Shown: positions 38,877-50,750 of the stretch, piece after piece
How the letters are laid out: the number at the start of each line of letters is the position of its first letter
Position numbering within the stretch: position 1 is the stretch's first letter
DNA from: Okamejei kenojei
Lineage: Eukaryota
DNA length: 64,000 nt
Assembly: GCA_035221665.1 (NCBI GenBank)
Contig: CM069134.1
Span: forward strand, 69,688,001 to 69,752,000
Direction: 5' to 3'
Notes under the pieces: generated by a model
What the model was told of the DNA's origin: nothing
What the model saw: only the letters and a program-made list of their open reading frames with translations
Databases searched by the model: none
Translations under genes and position numbers: made by a program

Positions 38877-41562
38877 AAACAGTAATGTCCCGCTTCTGAC
38901 TGCTCTTCTGAGGGTGAGACAAGAAAAGATGCAGGGTTAATTGTTGTACAATGCCTAAACTGAAGCTTTGAGTTATATAATAAGTAAATTTCATATTTGT
39001 TCTGACGAGCCATTGTTAGGGGCTGTGTCTGTAATTGTCCCAACAAGGCTGCCACTAAATGTGAGCTATATACTACAATCTCCTGCTGTAGGGTCAAATT
39101 TGCAGCCGACTGTAAAGTTTTATATATGGCAGTTAGAATTTGGGTGCAGAGTGGGTGTCCCCTGGCTACAGGATCTAATTTAGAAGAGTAATAGGCAACT
39201 GGTCTATGCCTATCCCCATGCTTTTGAGTAAGGACTGCCATTGAACACTCAGAGAGTATGGTGCAATAGAGTTGGAAGAGTCTGTTGCAAAGTGGTCTTC
39301 CCAATGATGGAGCCTGCATCAATTCAAGTTCTCAAGTTCTCAAAGGCCTCGTGTGCTTTCCTAGTTAATTGAAATCCACTCTCTTTACTTGTATAGGGTG
39401 TCAGCTCTTTAATTTCTAAAGCTATATTAGGGATCGAAGCTCTAAAGTAATTGACCATACCAAGCCATTGCCTCATTGGTTTTGCTTCTTTAGGAATCGG
39501 GAATTCACAAATTGGTTCGAGTCTGCTTTTTTCTGGACTCCTTTCTGTTGCCGAAATTATGACTCCTAAAAATTTTACTTTCTCCTGGCCATCTGTACTT
39601 TCGACTGGGAGACAACATATCCCAGATTAGCCAGATGATGTAGTAATTGTGCAGTATCTTCACGGTTGCTTGGTTCATCTCTGCTGGGCACTAATAAATC
39701 ATCGACGTACTGCCCTAAAGTAGATATTTTTCTATAAATCTAAAGTATTCACTTGTTCTTGTAGACATCAGGAAAATAAAGTAGGTGAATTGATGAATCC
39801 CTGAGACAATATGGTCCAGGTGTATTGCTGGCCCCTGCATCTGAAAGCAAACAAATATTGACTGTTCTTATGGAGAGGCAAGGAAAAAAATGCGTGTTGC
39901 AGGTCGACTATTGAGAAGATTTTGATTTGGCTGGGATTAAAGCTAAGATGTGAACAGGGATTGGCACTAGAGCATGGAGCAGTTCTACAACTGTGTTAAT
40001 CGATCTTAGGTCTTGGACCAGTCTGTACTGGCCTTCCTTCCCTGGTTTCGGTACTGCGGGGATTGGTGTTTGTAGATTGATTGACATTTTACCAAGATGT
40101 TTTGTTCTAGCAGTCCCCGAATGAATTTGTCTATGCTGTTAATGGCATGTGGTTTTAATGGATACTGTTGTATCAAAGGCAATGTTACCCCTTTCTGGAG
40201 TGCTACTTGGATGGGATTGATGTTCACGCATCCTACCTGAGCCGTATCTTCTGCCCAAACCTGAGGGTCCACATACTTGCATACCTCGCTCCCCAGATGC
40301 TAATGTAGGTGGGTAATAACTGTCCTTGGGGCCTGATGAAACTTAACAACATACTGGTTAGACAAATTTTGCTCTTCGCATTTATTTGGGTCTGCCATGG
40401 TAATTGCCCTTTTCACCATTGGTCCTGGATCGACACACTCCAATGTAAAACACAAGCATTGGTATAATATCGCATTTGCTAACTGTACAGTTCCAAAAAC
40501 AAATCACAGTATATTTTTAATCCTTTGCCGTGCTGTTTTCAACCAACAGAACCCCTCCCTTAGATACAGAAGACCTTCCCATCAAAGTACTCTTCGCTGA
40601 GCGGTACTCTTCCTATCAAGCTACTCTTCTTCTGTCAGGTACTCTTTCCTCACACTAAATGCTTAGACATAGGGGTACAGTTCCCATCGAGTTACTCTTC
40701 ACTAACAAGTACTCTTCATCTACCTCAGTTTACTCTTCAACGAACAGGTACTAATCAGTGATCTAAAGGATACGAACCCTTGGTTGAACAGCCACGATTC
40801 GGTCTCCAATTATAATAGCAGTCTTAATCACTCTGTATCCACATACAGTCGCGATTCGAACCACTAGTACAACAATATAACTAACACTCAAAACTTAAAA
40901 TCAAATGCAATACACAGTAGATAAAATAAAACAACGGCAACATTTTAAGCACACTTCAAACTGTAACTTAACAAATTTTAACAATTCCAAAAATATTTTT
41001 ATTCAACAATCTAATATATACAATTGTATTAATATACAATAGCCTGTACCCTCAATATGAAATCCTTGAAATAGAAATACAAGATCTCTATGGAATAACC
41101 AGTCTTTCAATATGAAGCCCTGAATTTTGGTAAATTTGGATCAAAGAATTTAGACCTTTACACTCTTATGCCCGTCTCTTGGGTGCAAAGTCTCCAGAGT
41201 TTTCCGTTCAGGTTTCCTAAGTGGGACAGGGGCATAACTCTCTTGTCCAATCATCTTTTAGTTTCCTTCCCACATATTCAAATTTTAGAATAGACACGTC
41301 TTTATTTTATTTTTTATTATTTTAAATATTTTTTTATTAAGTACATAATAAAAATATTTCATGTAACAGTCATACATTACTAATGTTGTCAATATTATCA
41401 ATTATTTAATGACTGCTATATATTTTTATTTTTTATATAGATAGAAAATAATAAGGAGAGAGAAAAAAAATCAAGAAGGTATAATAAAAAAGAATGGAAT
41501 AATTTACTAATAATAAATTAGTCTAGTATTAATGACGAATACAAGTGTTCCAAAGTAAGACT

Positions 41563-42878
41563 TCAGATGACACTGAGGGACTCTAGAGACAAGACCATCA
41601 GTGCTGTTGCACCGCCCCTAGTAACTGGCCGGAAGTGGACACCATCTGATGCAGTACAGCAAGCTTCATCAGCCCTGAGGCACAAAGACACCGTGGGGCA
41701 AGTGCAGCAAGGAAGAGGAGGCTTTGGCCTTACGACAAGTAAACCAACTTGGCGAAAGGCCACAACATCAGAGCGGAGGACATTGGTGGTTGAGGAGGTG
41801 CGGCGACAGGAGGAGGCCGCAAGAAGTGCAAAGGTGGTCCCTCTTGCCAAACAGGGGCAATGGATGCAGTGGGAAGATGCGGAGCGGAGGAAGATCAGCT
41901 GAAAAGAACAATGGGAAATGGAATCGAGCAAGATCAGCTTCATCATCAGAGCGACATACGACTTGCTTCCATCACCAAAGGACCTCCATCAGTGGTACGG
42001 CGAGGATCCAACCTGTGCCCTCTGCCCAACTCCAGCGACCCTCAAACACATCACGGTAGGCTGCAAGACCAGCCTCACGCAAGGGAGATACATGTGGCGG
42101 CATAATCAGGTACTAAAAAGCCTGGCAACAGCCCTTGAGAACAGGCTGTGTGCGACCAACTCCTTGCCTCCGAGAGCAAGCAACCCCCCCCACATAAGGG
42201 CAACAACCTTTGTCTGAGAAGGACAGAAAACACCTAAACATCCTTCCACCAGATCAGAAGAAGGAAACCTATGCAGGGCCCATGACTGGAGGATGCTGGC
42301 GGACATTGGCCGACAACTAATCTTTCCACCTGAAATTGATTCAACCAACCTCAGGCCAGACTTGGTGTTCTGGTCCCCTTCACAGAAGACTGCTTACATC
42401 GTAGAGCTCACAGTTCCATGGGAGAACTCTGTTGAGGAGGCCTATGAGCGTAAGAAGCTGCGCTACGCAGAGCTTGCAGCAGAGGCAACGCAGCGTGGCT
42501 GGAACACCAAAGTCTATCCAGGTGAAGTGAGATGCAGAGGATTTGTTGCATCATCTACCATCAGACTGCTGAAGGAGCTTGGAATCCATGGTCAGGCTCT
42601 GCGGAAGAACATAAGATCACTCTCAGACACGGCTGAAAGAAGCAGCCGTTGGATTTGGCTCAAGCGGAAAGACCCATGCTGGGCCCCAAGTACGTCATGG
42701 TAAATCTTTGGGGCAGTTTGACATGGGACACGTGCTGAGGGCTGATCATCCTGCAGTGGGCCGCCCTTGTGGAGCGTGTATAGTGTTAAAAGGCCGAAAC
42801 ACCCAGTGATGCAAGGGTACACTACTGATGATGTGTCCTGTGCCCAACTGTCCTGAAGGTCGCCCAGGCCAAGATATA
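41563..42878 (+). mobile_element. Hero/R2-group non-LTR retrotransposon 3' part (CCHC plus restriction-like endonuclease)
   Basis: CALC..ATLKHI.VGC, WRHNQVL, RPDLV, VELTVPWE, KKLRY. Confidence 0.85.
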
Positions 42879-44359
42879 CGTATGCGTCTACCACTCTCAG
42901 CAATCAATGAATGTCGTGAAATGCTCCCCACCTACTGGCACAAGGGACTTCTTAACATCTTGTCCTGTGTACTTGATTCACACCATTGGAGATTTGTTCG
43001 TAAATTATAAAATATAACTCTTCATCTAATCCTTAATTTGAGTTTCAGTCAGGTTCTCATGCCAAACCAGTTTGCCCCTTCAGATAATCAATAAATAGAG
43101 ACCATATTCTGATAAAAAATTCTTGTTTGTCCATTAAGACAAGTCTGATTCTTTCCAAATGTAAGGTCTCCGACAATTCCATAATTCACATTTTGATTGT
43201 GGGGGTTATAGGACCTTTCCAAAATTTTAATATTAATTTTTTTCCCAATTATTATACTATAGTCAATAAAGTTGCTTTGGCTTGTAGTAAGTATTTGACT
43301 TTGTTCTAATATTCCTAATATTATTAATTTTGTGTCGGGGTCCAATTGGGTGTTGACAACTTCCAAAATTATCTTAAAAATTTCCATCCTAAAGTTTTAA
43401 ATTTTTATACAATTTACAAATGTATGAGTTGTTAGCCTCTAAATGCTGCCATTTATCGTAGATAGGAGATATATTTGGCAAGATTCTATTTAATTTCATT
43501 TTTGAGTAATGTAATCTATGTAATACTTTAAATTGTATTAAAGAGTGTCTGGCATTTAACGAGCATTGATGTATATGTTGGAAGCTTTCGTCCCAAATAT
43601 CTTTCATTATTGGCTGGCCTAGTTCGTTTTCCCATGTTTGCCTATATATTTCCGTGGTTGGTGCCTCACTGTCTAATAGGATATTATATATATATAACCA
43701 TATAACAATTTAAGATATAACAATATAAGATATTAATTTTTCTATATTAGGGTGTTTATTCAATCATTCATCAAGAGTTTCTGGATCTCTAGTTCTGTAA
43801 TCCCATGTATTTGATTTAGCATAATCCCTAAATTGTAGATATCTGAAATAGTCATTTGAGTGAGGTCCATAAGTTGTTGTAACTACTGAAATAAAGAAAT
43901 GTACCTTTCCTATAGAGATGACCCATCTTTTTAATTCCGTGATTTTTCCATTGTAAAAAAACCTTTATCCAACATTAAAGGTTTAAATGCAGGGTTGTTT
44001 ACAATGGGGAGAAAGAGTGATAGATTATCCAATTTTAAAGTATTTTTTAATTGTTTCCAAATTCGTATACCACTCTATATTATAGGGTTTTCATTATCGT
44101 TTTTTTTGCTCAGTTTAGTGGTAGCGAACAGAAACAAACCAATTTCAAAGGGTAAACAGTTTTCCTTTTCCATTTTTAACCAGTCTGGTTCCTGGTCCAA
44201 TTCTTCCAACCAGAAATTCATATTTTTAATGTTAACTGCCCAGAAATAGAACACGAAATTCGGTAAAGCTAAACCTCCATTTATTTTTGATTTACATAAA
44301 TGTTTTTTGTTTATTCTGTGATTCTTATAATCGCAGATAAAATTAGGGACTAATTTGGT

Positions 44360-44898
44360 CTCCAAATCTGAGCAAAGACATTCTTGCCATAGAGGGGGTA
44401 CAGAGAAGGTTCACCAGACTGATTCCTGGGATGTCAGGACTTTCATATGAGGAAAGACTGGATAGATTCGGCTTGTACTCGCTGGAATTTAGAACATTGA
44501 GGGGGGATCTTATAGAAACTTACAAAATTCTTAAGGGGTTGGACAGGCTAGATGCAGGAAGATTGTTCCCGATGTTGGGGAGGTCCAGAACAAGGGGTCA
44601 CAGTCTAAGGAAAAGGGGGAATTCCTTTAGGACCGAGATGAGGAAAACATTTCTCACACAGAGAGTGGTGAGTCTCTGGAATTCTCTGCCACAGAAGGTA
44701 GTTGAGGCCAGTTCATTGGCTTTATTTAAGAGGGAGTTAGATGTGGCCCTTGTGGCTAAAGGGATCAGGGGGTATGGAGAGAAGACAGGTACAGGATACT
44801 GAGTTGGATGTCCAGCCATGATCATATTGAATGGCGGTGCAGGCTCGAAGGGCCGAATGGCCTACTCCTGCACCTATTTTCTATGTTTCTATGTTCTA
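44360..44898 (+). mobile_element. Young CR1 3' fragment
   Basis: Very similar to the reverse complement of 22144-22710. Confidence 0.92.
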
Positions 44899-45269
44899 CC
44901 AGAAATTGAGATAGTGTTTTCCAATATTGAATATTCTTATGCAATTTGTTCAATAAAGGAGGGAAGTTTAGTTTAAATAAAGAAGTATATGTCTTAGTTA
45001 CATAAATGCCTAGATATTTAAAATGTTCATTAACTATTTTAAAGGGGGATTGTTGTAATATATGTGGATTGATTTCCATTATTGGCATGATTTCACTTTT
45101 ATTCCATTTCATTCTGTATCCCGAGAACAAACCAAATTGAGTTATTAAATTTAATAGGTTTGGGATACTAAGTTCAGGTTTAGTAATGTAGATTAATATA
45201 TTGTCTGCATATAAATAAATATATTGTCTGCATATAAATAAATATATTGTCTGCATATAAATTGAGTCC

Positions 45270-46300
45270 TCTCAATGTCTCTGTCTCAACTGTTCTCAAG
45301 ATGAAGCTGAGAACATCAGCCATCCGTGATGTCCTCTCTATTCGGAAAATGAAGATACCACACTGTGGTTGTAGATTCCTTTCCCATGTCTCTGTGCCCC
45401 ACAGTTCTCTTCTCATCCCCGCTCACCCCAGTTGGAACAAGAATAGTGTTCCATCAGTCCCTATCTTTCACCCCATCAGGCTCCATATCCAACACATCAT
45501 CTTCTGACTTTTCCACCGCATTCAACGTGGTTCCACCACCAGACAAATCTTCACATCCCCACCTCATTTTGGTTTCCATTGAGGTCACTCCCTCCACAAC
45601 TCCTGGGTTCACTCACCCCCTCTCACCCAAACCACCCCCTCCCCAGGTACTTGTCCCTCCAAGTGCATGAAATGTAACATCTGTCCATGCACCTCCTTTC
45701 TAACATTCATCCAGGGTCCCAGGTTCACATGCACCTCCTCTAAACTAATCTACTGCTCCCGATTTGGTCTTCTTTACATCGCTGCGACTATGCACCATTT
45801 CACCAAACAATCATTCTCGCTCCATCTATGCCTGGTGGATCTCCCAGTTGCTAAAGATTATAACTCTACTTCCCATTCTTGTACCAACCTTTTTGTCCTG
45901 GGTCTCCTCCATTGCCAAAGAAACATTGAAGTCACCAATTTTAGATTTTGAATTTCACCCCGTCCGCTTCCATCTATATCTCTTCCTTTGGGTTTATTAT
46001 TCACTTCTCTTCTGCCTTTACCTTACACCCTTCTGTGACCTTTTCATCATCAGCCTTAGTCATCATCAGTCTACCCATCTGCCAATAAACCCGCTCTCCC
46101 TCCTTTCCTCTATCCACCTATCACTAGCCAGATTTATTTTCGCCCCCACCTCTTTTCCAGCTTTACTCCCTTACAACAATGTCTGAATATTGGTCGGGAC
46201 CTGAAACATCACCTATCCGTGTCTTCCAGAGATGTGCCTGGCCAACTGAGTTACTCCAACAGTTTGTGCTTTTTTTCACAACCCATTGTCTCCAGTTCCT
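45270..46300 (+). mobile_element. Penelope-like element 3' part (GIY-YIG plus terminal repeat)
   Basis: CNICP, FTCTSSKLIYC..LLYI; hammerhead-like ctgaata..gaaacatc at about 46183. Confidence 0.8.
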
Positions 46301-46842
46301 TATCCTTAGTTAATGGTAAGACCCTTAATAGCAATGAACAGAGGAATCTTGCAATCCATTTTCGCAGATCCCTGAAAGTGGCAACATGTAGATAGAGTGG
46401 TAACAATTATATGCTTTCCTTCATTGGTCAGGGCATGGTGTATACGAATCAGGAAGTTATGTTGCAGTTTTTTGAATAAGAGTTTGGTCAGGCCGCATTT
46501 GGAATACTGTGCACAGTTTCATGTGTCACCAGGCATATTAACCCGCGTTGAAGAAATCTCTCCATTCTTTCATAATATCTGCACCTAAAATCATGGAACA
46601 TCACACCAATAGCACTGCAGGTGCATCTTCAGCAGTCGAACTGCAGTGGTTCAGAAAGATGACTCGTCCTCGCCTTCTTAAGGCCAAACAGCAATGGGCA
46701 ATAATTGCTGGTCACACCAGCGATGGTCTTGTCATGACAAGTGATTGTATAAATAAAAGCAAAAGTGACAAGGAAAATCTCTTCTCACGCAACAGATAAT
46801 GATGATCCAGGAAACTCTGTATGAGGAGAGAGTGAGAGGGCA

Positions 46843-47150
46843 TCACAGTGGCACAGCGGTAGAGCTGCTGCCTTACAGCGCCAGAGACTCGGGTTCGATC
46901 CTGTCTATGGGTGGAGTCTGTACAGAGTTTGTACGTTCTCTCTGTGATCGCATGGGTTCTCTATTGGTGCTCCGGTTACTTCCCACATTCCAAAGATGTA
47001 CAGGTTTGTAGGTCAATTGGCTTTGGTAAAATTGTAAATTGTTTCTAATGTGTAGGATAGTGTTAGTGTATAGGGTGGTTGCTGGTCGGCATGGACTCGG
47101 TGGACCGAAGGGCTTGTTTACCTGCTGTATCTCTAAAGTCTACAGTCTAA
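46843..47150 (+). mobile_element. tRNA-derived SINE
   Basis: TGGCACAGCGG A box, GGTTCGATCC B box. Confidence 0.88.
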
Positions 47151-47562
47151 CAAGATAATGGAAGGAAAATCAATCATCACTTCTAAAGAGGAGTTGGACA
47201 AAAATTAATCAAAATCTGGGATATGGGATTTGTTGGACTGGTTTTGTCAAAAAGTACTCCATCTCAATGGGCTGAATGGCCACCCTCTGTAGTGCAATTA
47301 TTCCATAATTCAAAGGAAGAGACTTCAACTAAATGTTCAGAAGTGGCAACAGCTGCCTGCTGTGCTCATCTTCATTAACTTGAATAGAACCAAATCTCAG
47401 GGCTGGAGTACAATACCCAACTGCTTCTATATTTGCATGTTTCACACAAGCAGTAGGTTGAACTAGCCTTATGTATGATACTGAGAGAGAGCTGAGAGTG
47501 GAGAAGTGTATCATCCTTTCACCATACAAAGACTGGAGACCAAAATTACATAAGGCTCACTG

Positions 47563-47905
47563 GTGTAGGAAGGAACTGCAGATTCTGTTTTAAACTGAAG
47601 ATAAACGCAAGGTGCTGGATTAACTCAGCGGGACAGTCAGCATCTCTGGAAAGAAGGAATGGGTGACGTTGCGGGTCAAGACCCTTCTTCAGACTGAGAG
47701 TCGAGGGAAAGGGAAATTAGAGATATAGACGGTGATGTAGAGAGATATAGAACAAGTGAATGAAAGATATGCAAAAACGTAATGATGATAAAGGAAACAT
47801 GCTATTGTTAGTTCTTTGCTAGGTGAGAAAGAGAAGTTGGTGCATCTGTTGAAGTTGGTGGGGAGGGATAGAAAGAGAGAGAATGCAGGGGTTACTTGAA
47901 GTTAG
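47563..47905 (-). mobile_element. Penelope terminal repeat with hammerhead motif
   Basis: Minus strand CTGAAGAAGGGTCTTGACCCGCAACGTC at about 47692-47665. Confidence 0.78.
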
Positions 47906-48834
47906 ATGTTTGGCTCTTGTTTCTCACTGGCTTTTGTTTGCTTGGCCCGCTTCACCACGAGTTTCAAGTGAAGGAAACAACATTCACCCCCGAGATCAGT
48001 TCAACATTTGTAAGTGGATTGACTTGCTTGTAAAGGGTTCAGTAGTTGAGCTACTATATTCTGAGAACTACATTGTGCACTCTGTATCTTTCCCTTTAAT
48101 CAATCTATTGCACTTGAGTTTAGCTTGAAATTGTATTTATTCATCATACTATCTGACAATTGGATAACATGCTAGATGAAGCATTTTACTGTACCTTGGT
48201 ACACGTGACAATAATACACAAAACCTAAGTCAATGTAATTGCAATAATTGCACTTCTTGTCTGGGAGCCTGAATTTAATATTAATATGTATGTTAGGTGG
48301 GAGGTAAAATAAATAGTGATGAAAATCACAAAATGTTGTTGACAACATTGTAAATCTAAGAGAATGATCAGGCACTTGCTGCTGAATGCAACCTGATGAC
48401 GCAAACCTTCAACAACCACATCAGAGGGTACACATTAAAACGTGACAGGGCAGATATCATCAGCTTTAGTCATTTGAGTATCCTGTCAGTATTCTGACAT
48501 AAGACTTATGAATCAAAAAAAAAGTGACAGGATGCACCAATTTTCATAATATATAGATAGAAAGAAACTGCAATGACAGTTCGAATGACTAAGATTTATT
48601 ATGATTGCCATCACTGCAATCCAGCACTTTATCCAAGTGCCATTCTTCATACATGAGCTCAGACACTGACTGTTGGCAGGGGATTTGACTAAGCTGATTG
48701 CAAACCCCTGAGAAGAATAAGTACTAAAAAAAATGGCAACATTATTCATCCATGTTAAAATTGAGTAGATGCCAGTCAGGCATTTGGGGTGACTTTTCAC
48801 ATGACATTAAGGTCAGGATATTTTTCACCCACCC

Positions 48835-49012
48835 TGATGTGCTACAATGCTGAGAACTTTATTCCGCACTCTGTATCTTCCCCTTTGCTCTATCTATTGT
48901 ACCTGTTTGAACTGTTTATATCTATGCATGGTATATTTGATCAGACTGGGTAGCATGCAAAACAAAGCACTTTATTTCAGTACTTGTGACAATAACAAAC
49001 CTAAACCTAAAC
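48835..49012 (+). mobile_element. LINE 3' tail fragment (related copies at 48040-48225 and 26460-26560)
   Basis: gtgacaataa followed by an (aaacct)n tail. Confidence 0.55.
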
Positions 49013-49202
49013 CCGAGGTGGAACAACTTTAACTAGCTCATGTAGCGTAGAGGTCAAACTCATGCTGTTGTTGATCTGAAGTGTTCAGTGGATGGGAATA
49101 TATTTCTCACTGTTCCACTGGCAGCCTCTTCAGTTTAAAATAATGTAAATTATTCATTTATTTGTTTGGTTGTAACAATTCCAGAATTAATTATTCCAGA
49201 GG

Positions 49203-49522
49203 GCAGCACAGTGGCACAGCTAGTAGAGCTGCTGCCTCGCAGCACCAGAGAACGAGCTTTGATCCCGACCTCGGGTGCTGTTTGTGTGCCGTTTGCACAT
49301 TCTCCATGGGATTCCTCCAGTGTTTGGGATTCCTCCCACATCCCAAGGACGTGTGAGTTTGTAGGTTAATTAGCCTCTTGTAAAATCTCCCTTATTGTGT
49401 AAAGTAGATGCAAAAGTAGGATAACATGGAACGAGTGTGCACGGGTGATCAATGGTCGATGTGGACTCAGTGGGCCAAAGGGCCAGTTCATTTCTGCATC
49501 TCCAAACCAAACTAAAACTAAA
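49203..49522 (+). mobile_element. tRNA-derived SINE
   Basis: cacagtggcacagctagtagagctgctgcc head; (aaact)n tail. Confidence 0.82.
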
Positions 49523-50750
49523 CAACCTCCTATATGAGACTAATACATAATTTGATTGACAAAAAAAACACAATATCCCCATCAAAATGCAAAGCATGAA
49601 CTCTCTGGATGTTACCTTAAGAAAGGAATTGCATACAACTCTTCAAAAATGCTTGCTTTACAATACACTTGATGTGTTTTATATTGTGTGCGTTTTTGCT
49701 CAGATATAAATAAAGCGATTCACAACAAAAATCAACCCAACCAACTGCATTTAACATAAAACATATTGAATCCTCTCTGTTATGTCACAAATTACCTTTG
49801 ACACCTAACATATGACAATAAATGGGTCAAATTATTTTCAATCCTGGTTTATTAATGTTAGCATTTTATGTCTTGAACTTGCACAATCTGAATTAATCAG
49901 CAAAATTGACTGAGGATTACTTTTTGTTGATCTAATTACTTATTCATGCGATTTATTGCCTGAAGCAAGAATGCTGAATGCATTACCTGAAGTTCACATT
50001 TATCACCGAATCATTTATTGTTTTGTACTGAGTAACTTGGATCATAATTGGAAGCAATGAGAACATTCATATTAGATCAATATCTTAGATTTTCAAGGTT
50101 ACTGTGTATGTATATCATACTTAACACTATATTGTATACAACCAAAGCATCAGTCAAGGGAATATTATGATATTCTGTTCTAAGCAAGGCAGTAAGGTTT
50201 TTAAAGTGTAGACACATGCTAGGAATGAATTTAACTTAACCAATCCGTGTTTTTTTTTCTACTTTACTCTTCTTGAATCTTCTCTTCAACGGATAAAGGA
50301 TGCCTATGATAGGAAATAAGATCATTCCATTGCAGACCCTTGATATAATTCGAAAGCTTCCCACACATTAATGGAAATCCTATTACGAATCTGCCTCAAC
50401 AATTTGCTTCACATAACAATGAGTAGCAACAGCACTCGGAAATGGAATTCCCTCCCCTGGAGGGCAGTCAGGCAAGGGAGAAGATAAGATCAGAAATGGA
50501 ATAAAAAGCTTTGGGTGTCTTAAGACACCTAAAACATGTTATTCCCGATCTAATAAACTATGTTTTTAAATCGAAATAAAGGTGTCAAAATGAAACAAAA
50601 TTTACATACTTAAGAATTGCTTTATAGTGGTAAATAAGAATTTAAGACTTCCAATGTAATAATGACACCAAAACAGGCTGATGATTAAATGGAAAACAGA
50701 AAAGAATTGAGATATTTGTATTCTGCCTTGTATTTAAATTGTAGGAATAA

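Larger units (their letters stand above)
31499..41290 (-). mobile_element. Class I (epsilonretrovirus-like) endogenous retrovirus; gag and env largely deleted, 5' LTR absent, DIRS nested in pol
   Basis: RT: QYPL, QYVDDLL at about 39700, RPVAYYSSKLD. RNase H: YIDG, IYTD.RYAFG. Integrase: [39 protein letters not shown] aaaatggaggaa. Confidence 0.9.
41300..45262 (-). mobile_element. L1-clade LINE, 5'-truncated at the RT YADD motif and interrupted by Hero and CR1 insertions
   Basis: LYADNILIY, SGY.M.WNKSE, FKYLGIYV, GGLALPNF, IQFKVLHRLHYS; A-rich tail near 41300. Confidence 0.85.

Noticed and set aside
46843-46905. tRNA-like A/B boxes
   Set aside because: These are SINE heads followed by SINE core and tail, not tRNA genes.
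48513-50470. Possible host exons in unique sequence (also 27437-27745, 28820-29143, 58732-59014)
   Set aside because: No recognisable protein similarity and no consistent acceptor-ORF-donor set. RNA-seq or BLASTX would be needed to exclude small exons.
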